From assembly GCA_934149105.1 (NCBI GenBank), contig CAKPDP010000001.1:70438-134437 (forward strand): a stretch of DNA of 64,000 nucleotides. The letters are read 5' to 3'. Source of the stretch: an uncultured Bacilli bacterium. GTDB lineage: Bacteria; Bacillota_I; Bacilli_A; RF39; UBA660. A program made the position numbers and the translations under genes. Under the pieces are notes generated by a model. It made no database searches. It was not told where the DNA came from and saw only the letters and a program-made list of their open reading frames with translations. Positions 21,837 to 29,763 of the stretch are shown here, one piece after another. Each line of letters starts with the position of its first letter. Position 1 is the stretch's first letter.

Positions 21837-22597
21837 TGAAAGTAAAAGTTTTGTCTAGTGGTAGTAAGGGAAATACTACTTATGTTGAAAGTAATGAAAC
21901 AAGAATACTTATAGATATAGGTAATACTTGTAAATATGTTACTAATAAATTAGAAGAAATAGGAGTAGATCCTATGAGTATTTCGGGAATATTAATTTCC
22001 CATACTCATAAGGATCATATAGGTGGATTAAAAGTATTTTTAAAAAAGTATAATGTGTGTGTATATTTAACAAGAGGAATGTTAGAGGAGTTAGATTATG
22101 TTACTAATTATATATTGGTAGATAATAACGAAAATTTTAAGATTAATAATTTAGATATTGTAACAGTAAAGACTTCTCATGATGCGATTGATTCTAGAGG
22201 ATTTATAATTAGTGATGGTAATAGTTCTATGGTTCAAATTACCGATACAGGATATATAAATAGTAGTTATTATGAGATACTTAAGGATAAGAATTTATAT
22301 ATTATGGAGAGTAACCATGATATAGAGATGCTTACTAATGGTCCTTATCCTTACAGTCTAAGGCATAGGGTTCTTAGCGATAAGGGGCATTTATCTAATT
22401 ATGATGCGGCTAGATATATTAGTGAATTTGCTGGTAAAGATACAGAATATGTTTTATTAGCGCATTTATCTGATCATAATAATACACCAGAACTGGCATA
22501 TTCGGAACTAGTAAAGAGATTAGAGCATGATAATAAATCTATCGATAATATAATAGTTACTAAGCAGTGTGAAGATACTGAGATGATAGAAATATAA
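21836..22597 (+). CDS. MBL-fold metallo-hydrolase (YycJ/WalJ-like)
   Basis: HTHKDHIGG motif and MKVKVLSSGSKGNTTYVE N-terminus. ATG overlaps the upstream stop (TAATG). Confidence 0.8.
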   Translation: MKVKVLSSGSKGNTTYVESNETRILIDIGNTCKYVTNKLEEIGVDPMSISGILISHTHKDHIGGLKVFLKKYNVCVYLTRGMLEELDYVTNYILVDNNENFKINNLDIVTVKTSHDAIDSRGFIISDGNSSMVQITDTGYINSSYYEILKDKNLYIMESNHDIEMLTNGPYPYSLRHRVLSDKGHLSNYDAARYISEFAGKDTEYVLLAHLSDHNNTPELAYSELVKRLEHDNKSIDNIIVTKQCEDTEMIEI

Positions 22598-22632
22598 AAG
22601 ACAAGTATATTAATATATTTGTCTTTTATATA
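22598..22632 (+). terminator. putative terminator
   Basis: Stem aaagacaa / ttgtcttt flanking an AT loop, followed by T-rich sequence. Confidence 0.45.
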
Positions 22633-22647
22633 AGAATAGGAGTAAAT

Positions 22648-23082
22648 ATGATAAGGATTATTTGTGTGGGAAAGATTAAAGAAAAGTATTTAAAAGACGC
22701 TATTGAGGATTATAAGAAAAGGATAAGTAAATATCAAAAGATAGAGATAGTAGAAGTTTTAGATAGTGATATTAATAGTGAAAAAGATTTGATCTTAAAG
22801 AATATTGGTAAGAGGGACTATGTTATTACAATGGAGATTGAAGGTAATAATATTAATTCTTTGGAATTAGCTCAAAAGATAGATAAAACATTTATTACTA
22901 ATAATATTATTACCTTTATAATAGGGGGTAGTGAAGGGTTACATGAAGATGTAAAAAAAATAGCTAATTATAAGCTATCATTTTCAAAGATGACTTTTCC
23001 TCATGGATTATTTAGAGTAATATTATTAGAACAAATATATAGAACTTTTAAAATATTAAATCATGAAACTTATCATAAATAA
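22648..23082 (+). CDS. rlmH: 23S rRNA (pseudouridine1915-N3)-methyltransferase
   Basis: MIRIICVGKIKEKYLKDAIEDYKKRI and C-terminal SFSKMTFPHGLFRVILLEQIYR typical of RlmH. Confidence 0.9.
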   Translation: MIRIICVGKIKEKYLKDAIEDYKKRISKYQKIEIVEVLDSDINSEKDLILKNIGKRDYVITMEIEGNNINSLELAQKIDKTFITNNIITFIIGGSEGLHEDVKKIANYKLSFSKMTFPHGLFRVILLEQIYRTFKILNHETYHK

Positions 23083-23802
23083 TTAAATTTCTAATTGGGA
23101 AAATACTTCACCGATAGATTTATTTAAGACTAGATTAGCAATATTATCTAGGGGAGTTGTATCTTTATTGATGATTACTAAGTATTTTCCATGAAAGTAA
23201 TTAATAAAAGAAGAAGCTGGATAGACAGTTAGAGAAGTTCCAGCGATTATAAGAAGATTAGCATTACTTATATACTTGATAGTATCAGTAATGCATTTTT
23301 CATCTAGGGGTTCTTCATAGAGAACGACATCTGGTTTAATAAGTCCAGAACAGGTACAACGAGGAATAGTATTACTGTTAAAAATAGTTTCAGGAGGATA
23401 AAATTTATGACATTTTTGACAATGGTTCCTATAAATACTTCCATGTAATTCAATAACATTTTTAGAACCGGCTTTTTGATGAAGACCATCAATATTTTGA
23501 GTAATTATGGCTTTTAATTTGTGACTTTGTTCTAATTTAGTTAGATAATAATGGCAAATATTAGGTTTAATATTTAAACAGTTTAGTTTATGACGATAAA
23601 ATTCATGGAATTCTTGAGTATTTTTTTGAAAGAAATGATGACTAAGAATTTCTTCGGGGGGATATTTATATTTCTCATTATAAAGGCCGTCTTTACTTCG
23701 AAAATCTTTAATACCACTTTCAGTGGATACTCCAGCCCCACCGAAGAAAACAATATTAGAAGAATTTTTAATCCAAGTATTTAGTAGTTTTATATCATTC
23801 AT
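23083..23802 (-). CDS. cobB: NAD-dependent protein deacetylase (Sir2/CobB family)
   Basis: GAGVSTESGIKDFRS and QNIDGLH motifs, Zn ribbon CQKC...CTC. Its stop abuts the rlmH stop with zero spacing. Confidence 0.85.
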   Translation of the reverse strand: MNDIKLLNTWIKNSSNIVFFGGAGVSTESGIKDFRSKDGLYNEKYKYPPEEILSHHFFQKNTQEFHEFYRHKLNCLNIKPNICHYYLTKLEQSHKLKAIITQNIDGLHQKAGSKNVIELHGSIYRNHCQKCHKFYPPETIFNSNTIPRCTCSGLIKPDVVLYEEPLDEKCITDTIKYISNANLLIIAGTSLTVYPASSFINYFHGKYLVIINKDTTPLDNIANLVLNKSIGEVFSQLEI

Positions 23803-23859
23803 ACGCTCACCAGAATAATTATATAGAATAATAGGGGTGATGTCAAATTTTGTAATATT

Positions 23860-23886
23860 TTAGCAATTAGTATTGACAATTGCTAA
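23860..23886. promoter_or_regulatory. CIRCE-like inverted repeat operator overlapping the hsp20 promoter
   Basis: TTAGCAATT-N9-AATTGCTAA, a perfect 9-bp inverted repeat with the same outer bases and spacing as CIRCE (TTAGCACTC-N9-GAGTGCTAA). A GAGTGCTA half-site follows at 23889-23896. Confidence 0.55.
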
Positions 23887-23900
23887 GAGAGTGCTATAAT
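23873..23900 (+). promoter_or_regulatory. sigmaA-type promoter of hsp20
   Basis: TTGACA (23873-23878), 16-nt spacer, TATAAT (23895-23900). Confidence 0.6.
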
Positions 23901-23925
23901 TATAATTGAAAGGAAGGTAATGATA

Positions 23926-24330
23926 ATGAGTTTTCTACCTAAAAGATATTATATTGATGATTTTTTTGATGATTTTGTTCCTACTGCAAGTAAGTATATG
24001 CAAGGTGGTCAAATGAAGTGTGATATTTATGAAAAGGATGGTAATTATACTATCGAGATGGATATTCCTGGTTATGATAAGGAAGATATTTCTATTGAAG
24101 TAGATAATGGTGTTCTTACTGTTAGTGCTTCTAAATCAAAAGAAGATGAAGACGAAGGTAAAAATTATATTCGTCGTGAAAGATATGCTGGTACATTTTC
24201 TAGATCATTTACTTTGGGAAGTGATGTAGATATGGATAATATTGATGCAGAATTTGTTAAAGGTATGTTAAAGATTACAGTACCTAAAGCAGAAGAAAAA
24301 TCATCTAAGAAAACAATTGATATTAAATAG
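23926..24330 (+). CDS. Hsp20/alpha-crystallin small heat-shock protein
   Basis: Alpha-crystallin core DIYEKDGNYTIEMDIPGYDKEDISIEVDNGVLTVSA...GMLKITVPK. The ATG at 23926 is 8 nt from AAGGAAGG. Confidence 0.9.
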   Translation: MSFLPKRYYIDDFFDDFVPTASKYMQGGQMKCDIYEKDGNYTIEMDIPGYDKEDISIEVDNGVLTVSASKSKEDEDEGKNYIRRERYAGTFSRSFTLGSDVDMDNIDAEFVKGMLKITVPKAEEKSSKKTIDIK

Positions 24331-24343
24331 TAATTAGTAAATT

Positions 24344-24378
24344 AAGAACGATTTAGTTAATAGCTAAATCGTTCTTTT
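24344..24378 (+). terminator. rho-independent terminator after hsp20
   Basis: Perfect 13-bp stem aagaacgatttag / ctaaatcgttctt, 7-nt loop, then TTTT. Confidence 0.8.
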
Positions 24379-24443
24379 GATCCTTGCGAGATATATTAAT
24401 TTAGGGTATAATACTTTCATAGAATTATTGGAGTTGATCAAGA

Positions 24444-25427
24444 ATGGGGTTTAGAATAGGTAATGTAGAGATAAAGAATAGAATTGTTTTGGCACCTATG
24501 GCAGGGATATGTAATAATGCTTTTAGAAAGATAATTAAGGATATGGGTTGTGGTCTTATTTATGCAGAGATGGTTAGTGATAAGGCATTAGTTTATGATA
24601 GTAAGAAAACTAAGGATATGCTATATATGGAAGAAATAGAAAGACCTATAGTGCAACAGATATTTGGAAGTGATGTGGAGACTTTTGTAACGGCTAGTAA
24701 ATTAGTGTATGAAACAATGAAACCAGATATTATTGATATTAATATGGGGTGTCCAGTTCCTAAAGTGGCAGTGAAAGCTCAAGCAGGATCGGCTCTTTTG
24801 AAAAATCCAGAGAAGATTAAAGAAATAGTTAAGGCGGTTGTTGAAAGTGTTTCAGTACCAGTTACTGTAAAGATTAGAAGTGGTTGGGATAGTGAACATA
24901 TAAATGCTGTAGAAGTGGCTAAAATTTGTGAGGAAGCAGGGGCTAGTGCGATTACGGTTCATGGGAGAACGCGTAGTCAAGGTTATAGTGGAAAAGTATC
25001 TTATGATATAATAAAAAAAGTTAAGGAAAGTGTTAGTATTCCAGTAATAGGTAATGGCGATATAGTAGATATAGATAGTGCTAAGAGAATGTTTGATACT
25101 GGTTGTGATGCAATCATGATCGGGAGGGGGTGTTTGGGTAATCCTTGGTTGATTAGAAAGCTTGTTAAATATTTTGATGAGGGAGTTATTTTAGATGATC
25201 CTACTTATGAAGAGAGAATAGAGATGTGCTTTAAACATATGGATTATTTACAAAAGATCAAGTGTGAAAAGGTATGTGTATTGGAGATGCGTAGTCATAT
25301 TGCTTGGTATTTAAAAGGAATGCCTAAAGCTAGTAAATATAAACAAGAGATTATGAAAGTCCAAACGGTAGAAGAAGTTAAGAAGTTGTTAAATATCTAT
25401 TTGAAAGAATTAAAAAATGGTATATAA
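24444..25427 (+). CDS. dusB: tRNA-dihydrouridine synthase
   Basis: LAPMAGICNNAFR, DINMGCP and HGRTR motifs. Confidence 0.9.
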   Translation: MGFRIGNVEIKNRIVLAPMAGICNNAFRKIIKDMGCGLIYAEMVSDKALVYDSKKTKDMLYMEEIERPIVQQIFGSDVETFVTASKLVYETMKPDIIDINMGCPVPKVAVKAQAGSALLKNPEKIKEIVKAVVESVSVPVTVKIRSGWDSEHINAVEVAKICEEAGASAITVHGRTRSQGYSGKVSYDIIKKVKESVSIPVIGNGDIVDIDSAKRMFDTGCDAIMIGRGCLGNPWLIRKLVKYFDEGVILDDPTYEERIEMCFKHMDYLQKIKCEKVCVLEMRSHIAWYLKGMPKASKYKQEIMKVQTVEEVKKLLNIYLKELKNGI

Positions 25428-25432
25428 TAAGA

Positions 25433-26026
25433 GTGGTGATGGAAATGAATGCAAGCTTTATGAAGAGATTACTGGCTTATTTAATTGATACAGTAATAGT
25501 AGCTTTTCTTTTCGCTATTGTTGTGTCGGGGATAAAAAATGATAAAATAAGTAACTTACAAAAACAGTTAAGTGAAGTACAGAATAAATATCTTAGTCAA
25601 GAGATAACCAGTTCAGATTATTTAGGACAGATGGCTGAGATAAATTATGATTTACAGAAGTCATCAGTTTTGTCAAATACTATTTATGTAATAATATTGA
25701 TAGGATATTTTGGAGTCTTTCAGTTTTGGAATAATGGTCAAACATTAGGAAAGAAAATTATGAAAATAAAGGTAGTGGAAAATGATAAGAGGCCTAGTTT
25801 TATGGCAATATTTGTAAGATCATTTATTATTAATCAAATATTTGTTAATATATTATCAATATTATTGGTATTTACAATTAAAGATTATGCTTATTATATA
25901 GCAACAATTATTATATCGTTAGTAAATATGTTGATTATACTTGTATCAGCTTTGATGATATTATATAGAAAAGATAAAGTGGGATTTCATGATATGGTGT
26001 CTCATACAAGAGTAGTGGAGGTTTAA
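25433..26026 (+). CDS. RDD family membrane protein
   Basis: KRLLAYLIDTVIV, GQTLGKKIMKIKV and HDMVSHTRVV blocks typical of the RDD domain. Confidence 0.7.
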   Translation: MVMEMNASFMKRLLAYLIDTVIVAFLFAIVVSGIKNDKISNLQKQLSEVQNKYLSQEITSSDYLGQMAEINYDLQKSSVLSNTIYVIILIGYFGVFQFWNNGQTLGKKIMKIKVVENDKRPSFMAIFVRSFIINQIFVNILSILLVFTIKDYAYYIATIIISLVNMLIILVSALMILYRKDKVGFHDMVSHTRVVEV

Positions 26027-26027
26027 G

Positions 26028-27914
26028 ATGGAAAGAACAGAACAAGAATTAGTTAGAATAAACAAATTAGAAGAAATTAGTAAGGTATGTAATCCTTATC
26101 CGGAAAGATATGAAGTAACTCATGAACTTAAAGATGCTAGAATGTTAGAAGATGGAACAACTGGTGTTAGTATTGCAGGTAGAATAGTGTTTATGAGAAA
26201 GATGGGAAAGCTTAGCTTTGTTAAAATTAGAGATATAGAAGCAGATATGCAACTAGAAATTAAGATCGATATGGTTGGAGAAGAGAGATATAAGTTCTTT
26301 AAAGCTAATATTGATACTGGGGATTTTATTGGAGCTACTGGAGAGATTTTTACTACGCAGACAGGTGAAAAAACGCTTAGGGTTAGTAGTTTTGAATTTT
26401 TAGGTAAGGCTTTAAAGCCATTACCAGAGAAGTTTCATGGATTATCTGATATAGAGATGATTTATAGAAATAGATATGTAGATTTAATTATGAATAAGGA
26501 TTCGAGAGAGAGATTTTTACTTAGGAGTAAGCTTATTTGGGAGATTAGATCATTCTTGAATAATAATGGATATGTAGAGATTGAGACACCTATTCTTAAT
26601 AATAAGGCTAGTGGAGCACTAGCAAAACCTTTTATTACTCATCATAATGCATTAGATATAGATTTATATTTACGTATAGCTCCGGAAACTTATTTAAAGA
26701 GGGCAATCGTAGGAGGATTTACAAAGGTTTATGAGTTTGCTAGATGTTTTAGAAATGAGGGTATGGACGCTACGCATTTACAAGATTTTACAATGCTAGA
26801 GGGCTATGGTGCATACTTAAATTATAAAGATAATATGAAGTTTTTACAGAAGATGATTCAGACTGTAGTTATGAATTTATTTGGTAAATTAGAACTTACT
26901 ATAGATGATAAGACAGTAGATATTAGTGGGGATTGGCCTAGTATATCGATGAGAGATTTAATTTTAAAATATGTACCAATAGATATTAAAGAATATAATA
27001 CTAAAGAGAGTTTATTAGGAAAGATCAAAGAATTAAATTTAGAGATTGATAGTGAGACACCACTTGAAGATTTAGGATTTGGTAATTTGGTTGATCAGTT
27101 ATATAAGAAAGTAGCTAGATGTCATGTTGTTAGTCCTATTTTCTTGACAGAGCATCCTATTGAATTATCACCTTTAGCTAGAGCTAATGATGAGGATAAG
27201 AAGATTACAGATAGATTTCAATTGGTAATTAATGGGGCAGAGATTATTAATGCTTATTCAGAACTTGTTGATCCTAGAGAACAGGAACGTAGATTGGTAG
27301 AACAAGCTAGGTTAAAAGATAAAGGTGATGAAGAAGCTATGATGATGGATGATGATTATATAAGTGCTATGGAATATGGTATGCCTCCTATTAGTGGTTG
27401 GGGTATTGGTATTGATAGATTAGTTCAAATTTTAACTAATTCGGCTAATATTAAGGATTGTATTTTATTCCCTTTAATGAAGCCTTTAGATGATAATGGT
27501 GTTAAGGTTAGTAATAGTGTAGTTAAACAAGAAAAGATTGATTTTTCAAAAGTAACGATCGAGCCTTTATTTAAAGAATTTGTTGATTTTGAAACTTTTA
27601 GTAAATCAGATTTTAGAGCGGTAAAGGTTAAGGCTTGTGAAGCAGTTCCAAAATCAAAGAAGTTATTACAATTTACTCTTGATGATGGAACAGGAATGGA
27701 TAGAACAATTTTGAGTGGTATTCATGCTTATTATGAACCTGAAGAATTAGTTGGAAAGACTTGTATTGCTATTGTTAATTTACCTCCTAGAGCAATGATG
27801 GGAATTGATTCTTGTGGAATGCTTATTAGTGCTGTTCATCAAGAAGAAGGAGTAGAAAAATTACATCTTTTAATGGTAGATGATCATATTCCAGCAGGAG
27901 CTAAATTATATTAA
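26028..27914 (+). CDS. lysS: lysine--tRNA ligase (class II) fused to a C-terminal Trbp111/EMAPII-like tRNA-binding domain
   Basis: The LysRS core carries class II motifs (FRNEG, GWGIGIDRL). About 130 extra C-terminal residues (DFRAVKVKACEAVPKSKKLLQFTLDDGTG...IVNLPPRAMMGIDSCGMLISA) resemble the MetRS C-terminal OB-fold. Confidence 0.9.
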   Translation: MERTEQELVRINKLEEISKVCNPYPERYEVTHELKDARMLEDGTTGVSIAGRIVFMRKMGKLSFVKIRDIEADMQLEIKIDMVGEERYKFFKANIDTGDFIGATGEIFTTQTGEKTLRVSSFEFLGKALKPLPEKFHGLSDIEMIYRNRYVDLIMNKDSRERFLLRSKLIWEIRSFLNNNGYVEIETPILNNKASGALAKPFITHHNALDIDLYLRIAPETYLKRAIVGGFTKVYEFARCFRNEGMDATHLQDFTMLEGYGAYLNYKDNMKFLQKMIQTVVMNLFGKLELTIDDKTVDISGDWPSISMRDLILKYVPIDIKEYNTKESLLGKIKELNLEIDSETPLEDLGFGNLVDQLYKKVARCHVVSPIFLTEHPIELSPLARANDEDKKITDRFQLVINGAEIINAYSELVDPREQERRLVEQARLKDKGDEEAMMMDDDYISAMEYGMPPISGWGIGIDRLVQILTNSANIKDCILFPLMKPLDDNGVKVSNSVVKQEKIDFSKVTIEPLFKEFVDFETFSKSDFRAVKVKACEAVPKSKKLLQFTLDDGTGMDRTILSGIHAYYEPEELVGKTCIAIVNLPPRAMMGIDSCGMLISAVHQEEGVEKLHLLMVDDHIPAGAKLY

Positions 27915-27962
27915 GAAACGTATAATTATGTTAATTTATAGATTAATTGTGGTAAATTATAG

Positions 27963-28003
27963 AAAAGTGTTACTTTTTAGGTAAAAAGTGATACTTTTTT
28001 TTT
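27963..28003 (+). terminator. rho-independent terminator after lysS
   Basis: Stem aaaagtgttacttttt / aaaaagtgatactttt (two G-U wobbles), loop aggt, long T-run. Confidence 0.7.
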
Positions 28004-28033
28004 GTTAGTGTTATAATTAAATAGAGGAGGAAA

Positions 28034-29656
28034 ATGATGAAAAAACATAGTTTGTTGAAGACTTTAGCGATTGTATTATTAATTGTTGTTCTTTGTACAT
28101 ATTTTATTTCATCTAGAGGTAATGTGGTTAGTTTCTTAGCATTTACTAAGGGAACAGCTAGTTATCTTGGTTTAGGTGATGTTTTAATTTATTTTGTACA
28201 GTCTTTTTACCATTTCTTTGATACAATTGTGTTTGTGTTGGTAGTAGGTGCATTTTATGGAATATTAAATTTAGTACCAGCATATAAATCTTTTGTTAAT
28301 GGTATTGCTAAGAAATTTAAAGATAATAATTTTAGATTTGTGGCAGTAATTACAATTATTTTTGCTTTAATTGCTAGTCTTACTGGTATTAATTTGCCAT
28401 TATTTATATTTGTTCCATTTGTAGTAGCAATATTACTTGCTATGGGTAATGATAAGTTAGTTTCTTTATCGGCTACAGTGGGAGGAATATTAGTAGGTTT
28501 TATTGGAGGAATATTTACTACTTTAAGAGATCCTTCTAATAGTTATTCAGTTAGTTACACTACTTTTGATAAGTTAGTAGGATTAGATAGTAATTTTACA
28601 ACAATAATACCTAGAATTGTTATTTTGATATTAGGAGTAGGGCTTTTGATATGGTATATTAAAAAGCATATGACTAATGTTAAGGACAAAAAAGTTAAAT
28701 ATGATATGGGAGAAAAATTAGAACTAGTTTCTAAAGAAGCCGATAAAGCTTATAGTAAAGTAAGTTTTTGGCCAGTTATTGTACTTGGAGGATTAGTTTT
28801 AAAATATTTGACTGTTATATTTAGTACTTTGATTAGTATGCCTAATTGGTATAATTTAGTTTGCAATATTGTAATATTAGTAGCAGTAATTGTCTTAATA
28901 GTTATTTTTAGAAATTCTAAAAAGGCAATATCTAGTAATGTTATGTTAGCTATTATTTTAGGTTGTACTTTATTGTTCTTGATTTTAGGCCTTACACCTT
29001 GGTCAACTTTATTTGGAATGACTTTCTTTGATAAAGTTCATACTAATTTGATAGCTAGTTTAAAATGGGGAGAATTTTCAGCTTTTGAAAATGTTATATC
29101 TTCTAATTTTGCGGCTTTTGGTAGTTGGTCTTCATGGGGCTCATTCTTACTTCCTATGGTTATGTTATTAATTATGGGTATTATTATTAAGTTTACTTAT
29201 AAGGTTAAATTTGATGATATTATCGATGGAAGTATAGAAGGGGCTAAGAGAGCATTACCTTCAGTATTGATAGTAGCAGTAGCTTATACAGTACTTGTAT
29301 GTTCTTACAATAATGGTTTCATGGAAACAGTTGTTGAAGCAGCAGGTTCTAATGTATTCTTACAGCTAATAGTATCAATGTTTGGTAGTTTATTTGGAGT
29401 TGATTTGTATTATACATTAGCTTCAACATTCTCACCAATATTAGAAGCGGTTACAGATTATGGTAAAGTTTTAGCAGTAGCATTCCCTAGTGTATATGGT
29501 CTTGTTCAATTAATTGGACCAACAAGTTTATTATTAATAATAGGTCTTACATATTTTGATGTTCCATATAGAACTTGGGTTAAATACATATGGAGATTTG
29601 TTCTTATGTTATTTGTAATAGTGGCTTTGACTTTATTTGTTGTAGCACTTATATAA
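28034..29656 (+). CDS. polytopic membrane protein, possibly YfcC/DcuC-like transporter
   Basis: At least 10 hydrophobic segments. The N-terminal third has a block pattern reminiscent of the YfcC family (FDTIVFVLVVGAFYGILN...GNDKLVSLSATVGGILVGFIGG). Assignment is from memory only. Confidence 0.4.
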   Translation: MMKKHSLLKTLAIVLLIVVLCTYFISSRGNVVSFLAFTKGTASYLGLGDVLIYFVQSFYHFFDTIVFVLVVGAFYGILNLVPAYKSFVNGIAKKFKDNNFRFVAVITIIFALIASLTGINLPLFIFVPFVVAILLAMGNDKLVSLSATVGGILVGFIGGIFTTLRDPSNSYSVSYTTFDKLVGLDSNFTTIIPRIVILILGVGLLIWYIKKHMTNVKDKKVKYDMGEKLELVSKEADKAYSKVSFWPVIVLGGLVLKYLTVIFSTLISMPNWYNLVCNIVILVAVIVLIVIFRNSKKAISSNVMLAIILGCTLLFLILGLTPWSTLFGMTFFDKVHTNLIASLKWGEFSAFENVISSNFAAFGSWSSWGSFLLPMVMLLIMGIIIKFTYKVKFDDIIDGSIEGAKRALPSVLIVAVAYTVLVCSYNNGFMETVVEAAGSNVFLQLIVSMFGSLFGVDLYYTLASTFSPILEAVTDYGKVLAVAFPSVYGLVQLIGPTSLLLIIGLTYFDVPYRTWVKYIWRFVLMLFVIVALTLFVVALI

Positions 29657-29670
29657 GATAAATAGAAAAT

Positions 29671-29700
29671 AAAAAAGGTTACGAGTGTAGCCTTTTTTTT
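29671..29700 (+). terminator. rho-independent terminator
   Basis: aaaaaaggttac-gagt-gtagcctttttttt hairpin with T-run. Confidence 0.7.
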
Positions 29701-29763
29701 GACATATTATTATAAATAATTAATTTATTATTATATTAAGAAAATAAGAAAGGTGATAATAAT

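Noticed and set aside
23083-23802. Sir2-domain protein as a defence-system effector
   Set aside because: It has the full CobB-type deacetylase motifs and Zn ribbon and is of typical size. It has no partner genes (no Thoeris, DSR or Argonaute-like neighbours) and sits in a housekeeping context.
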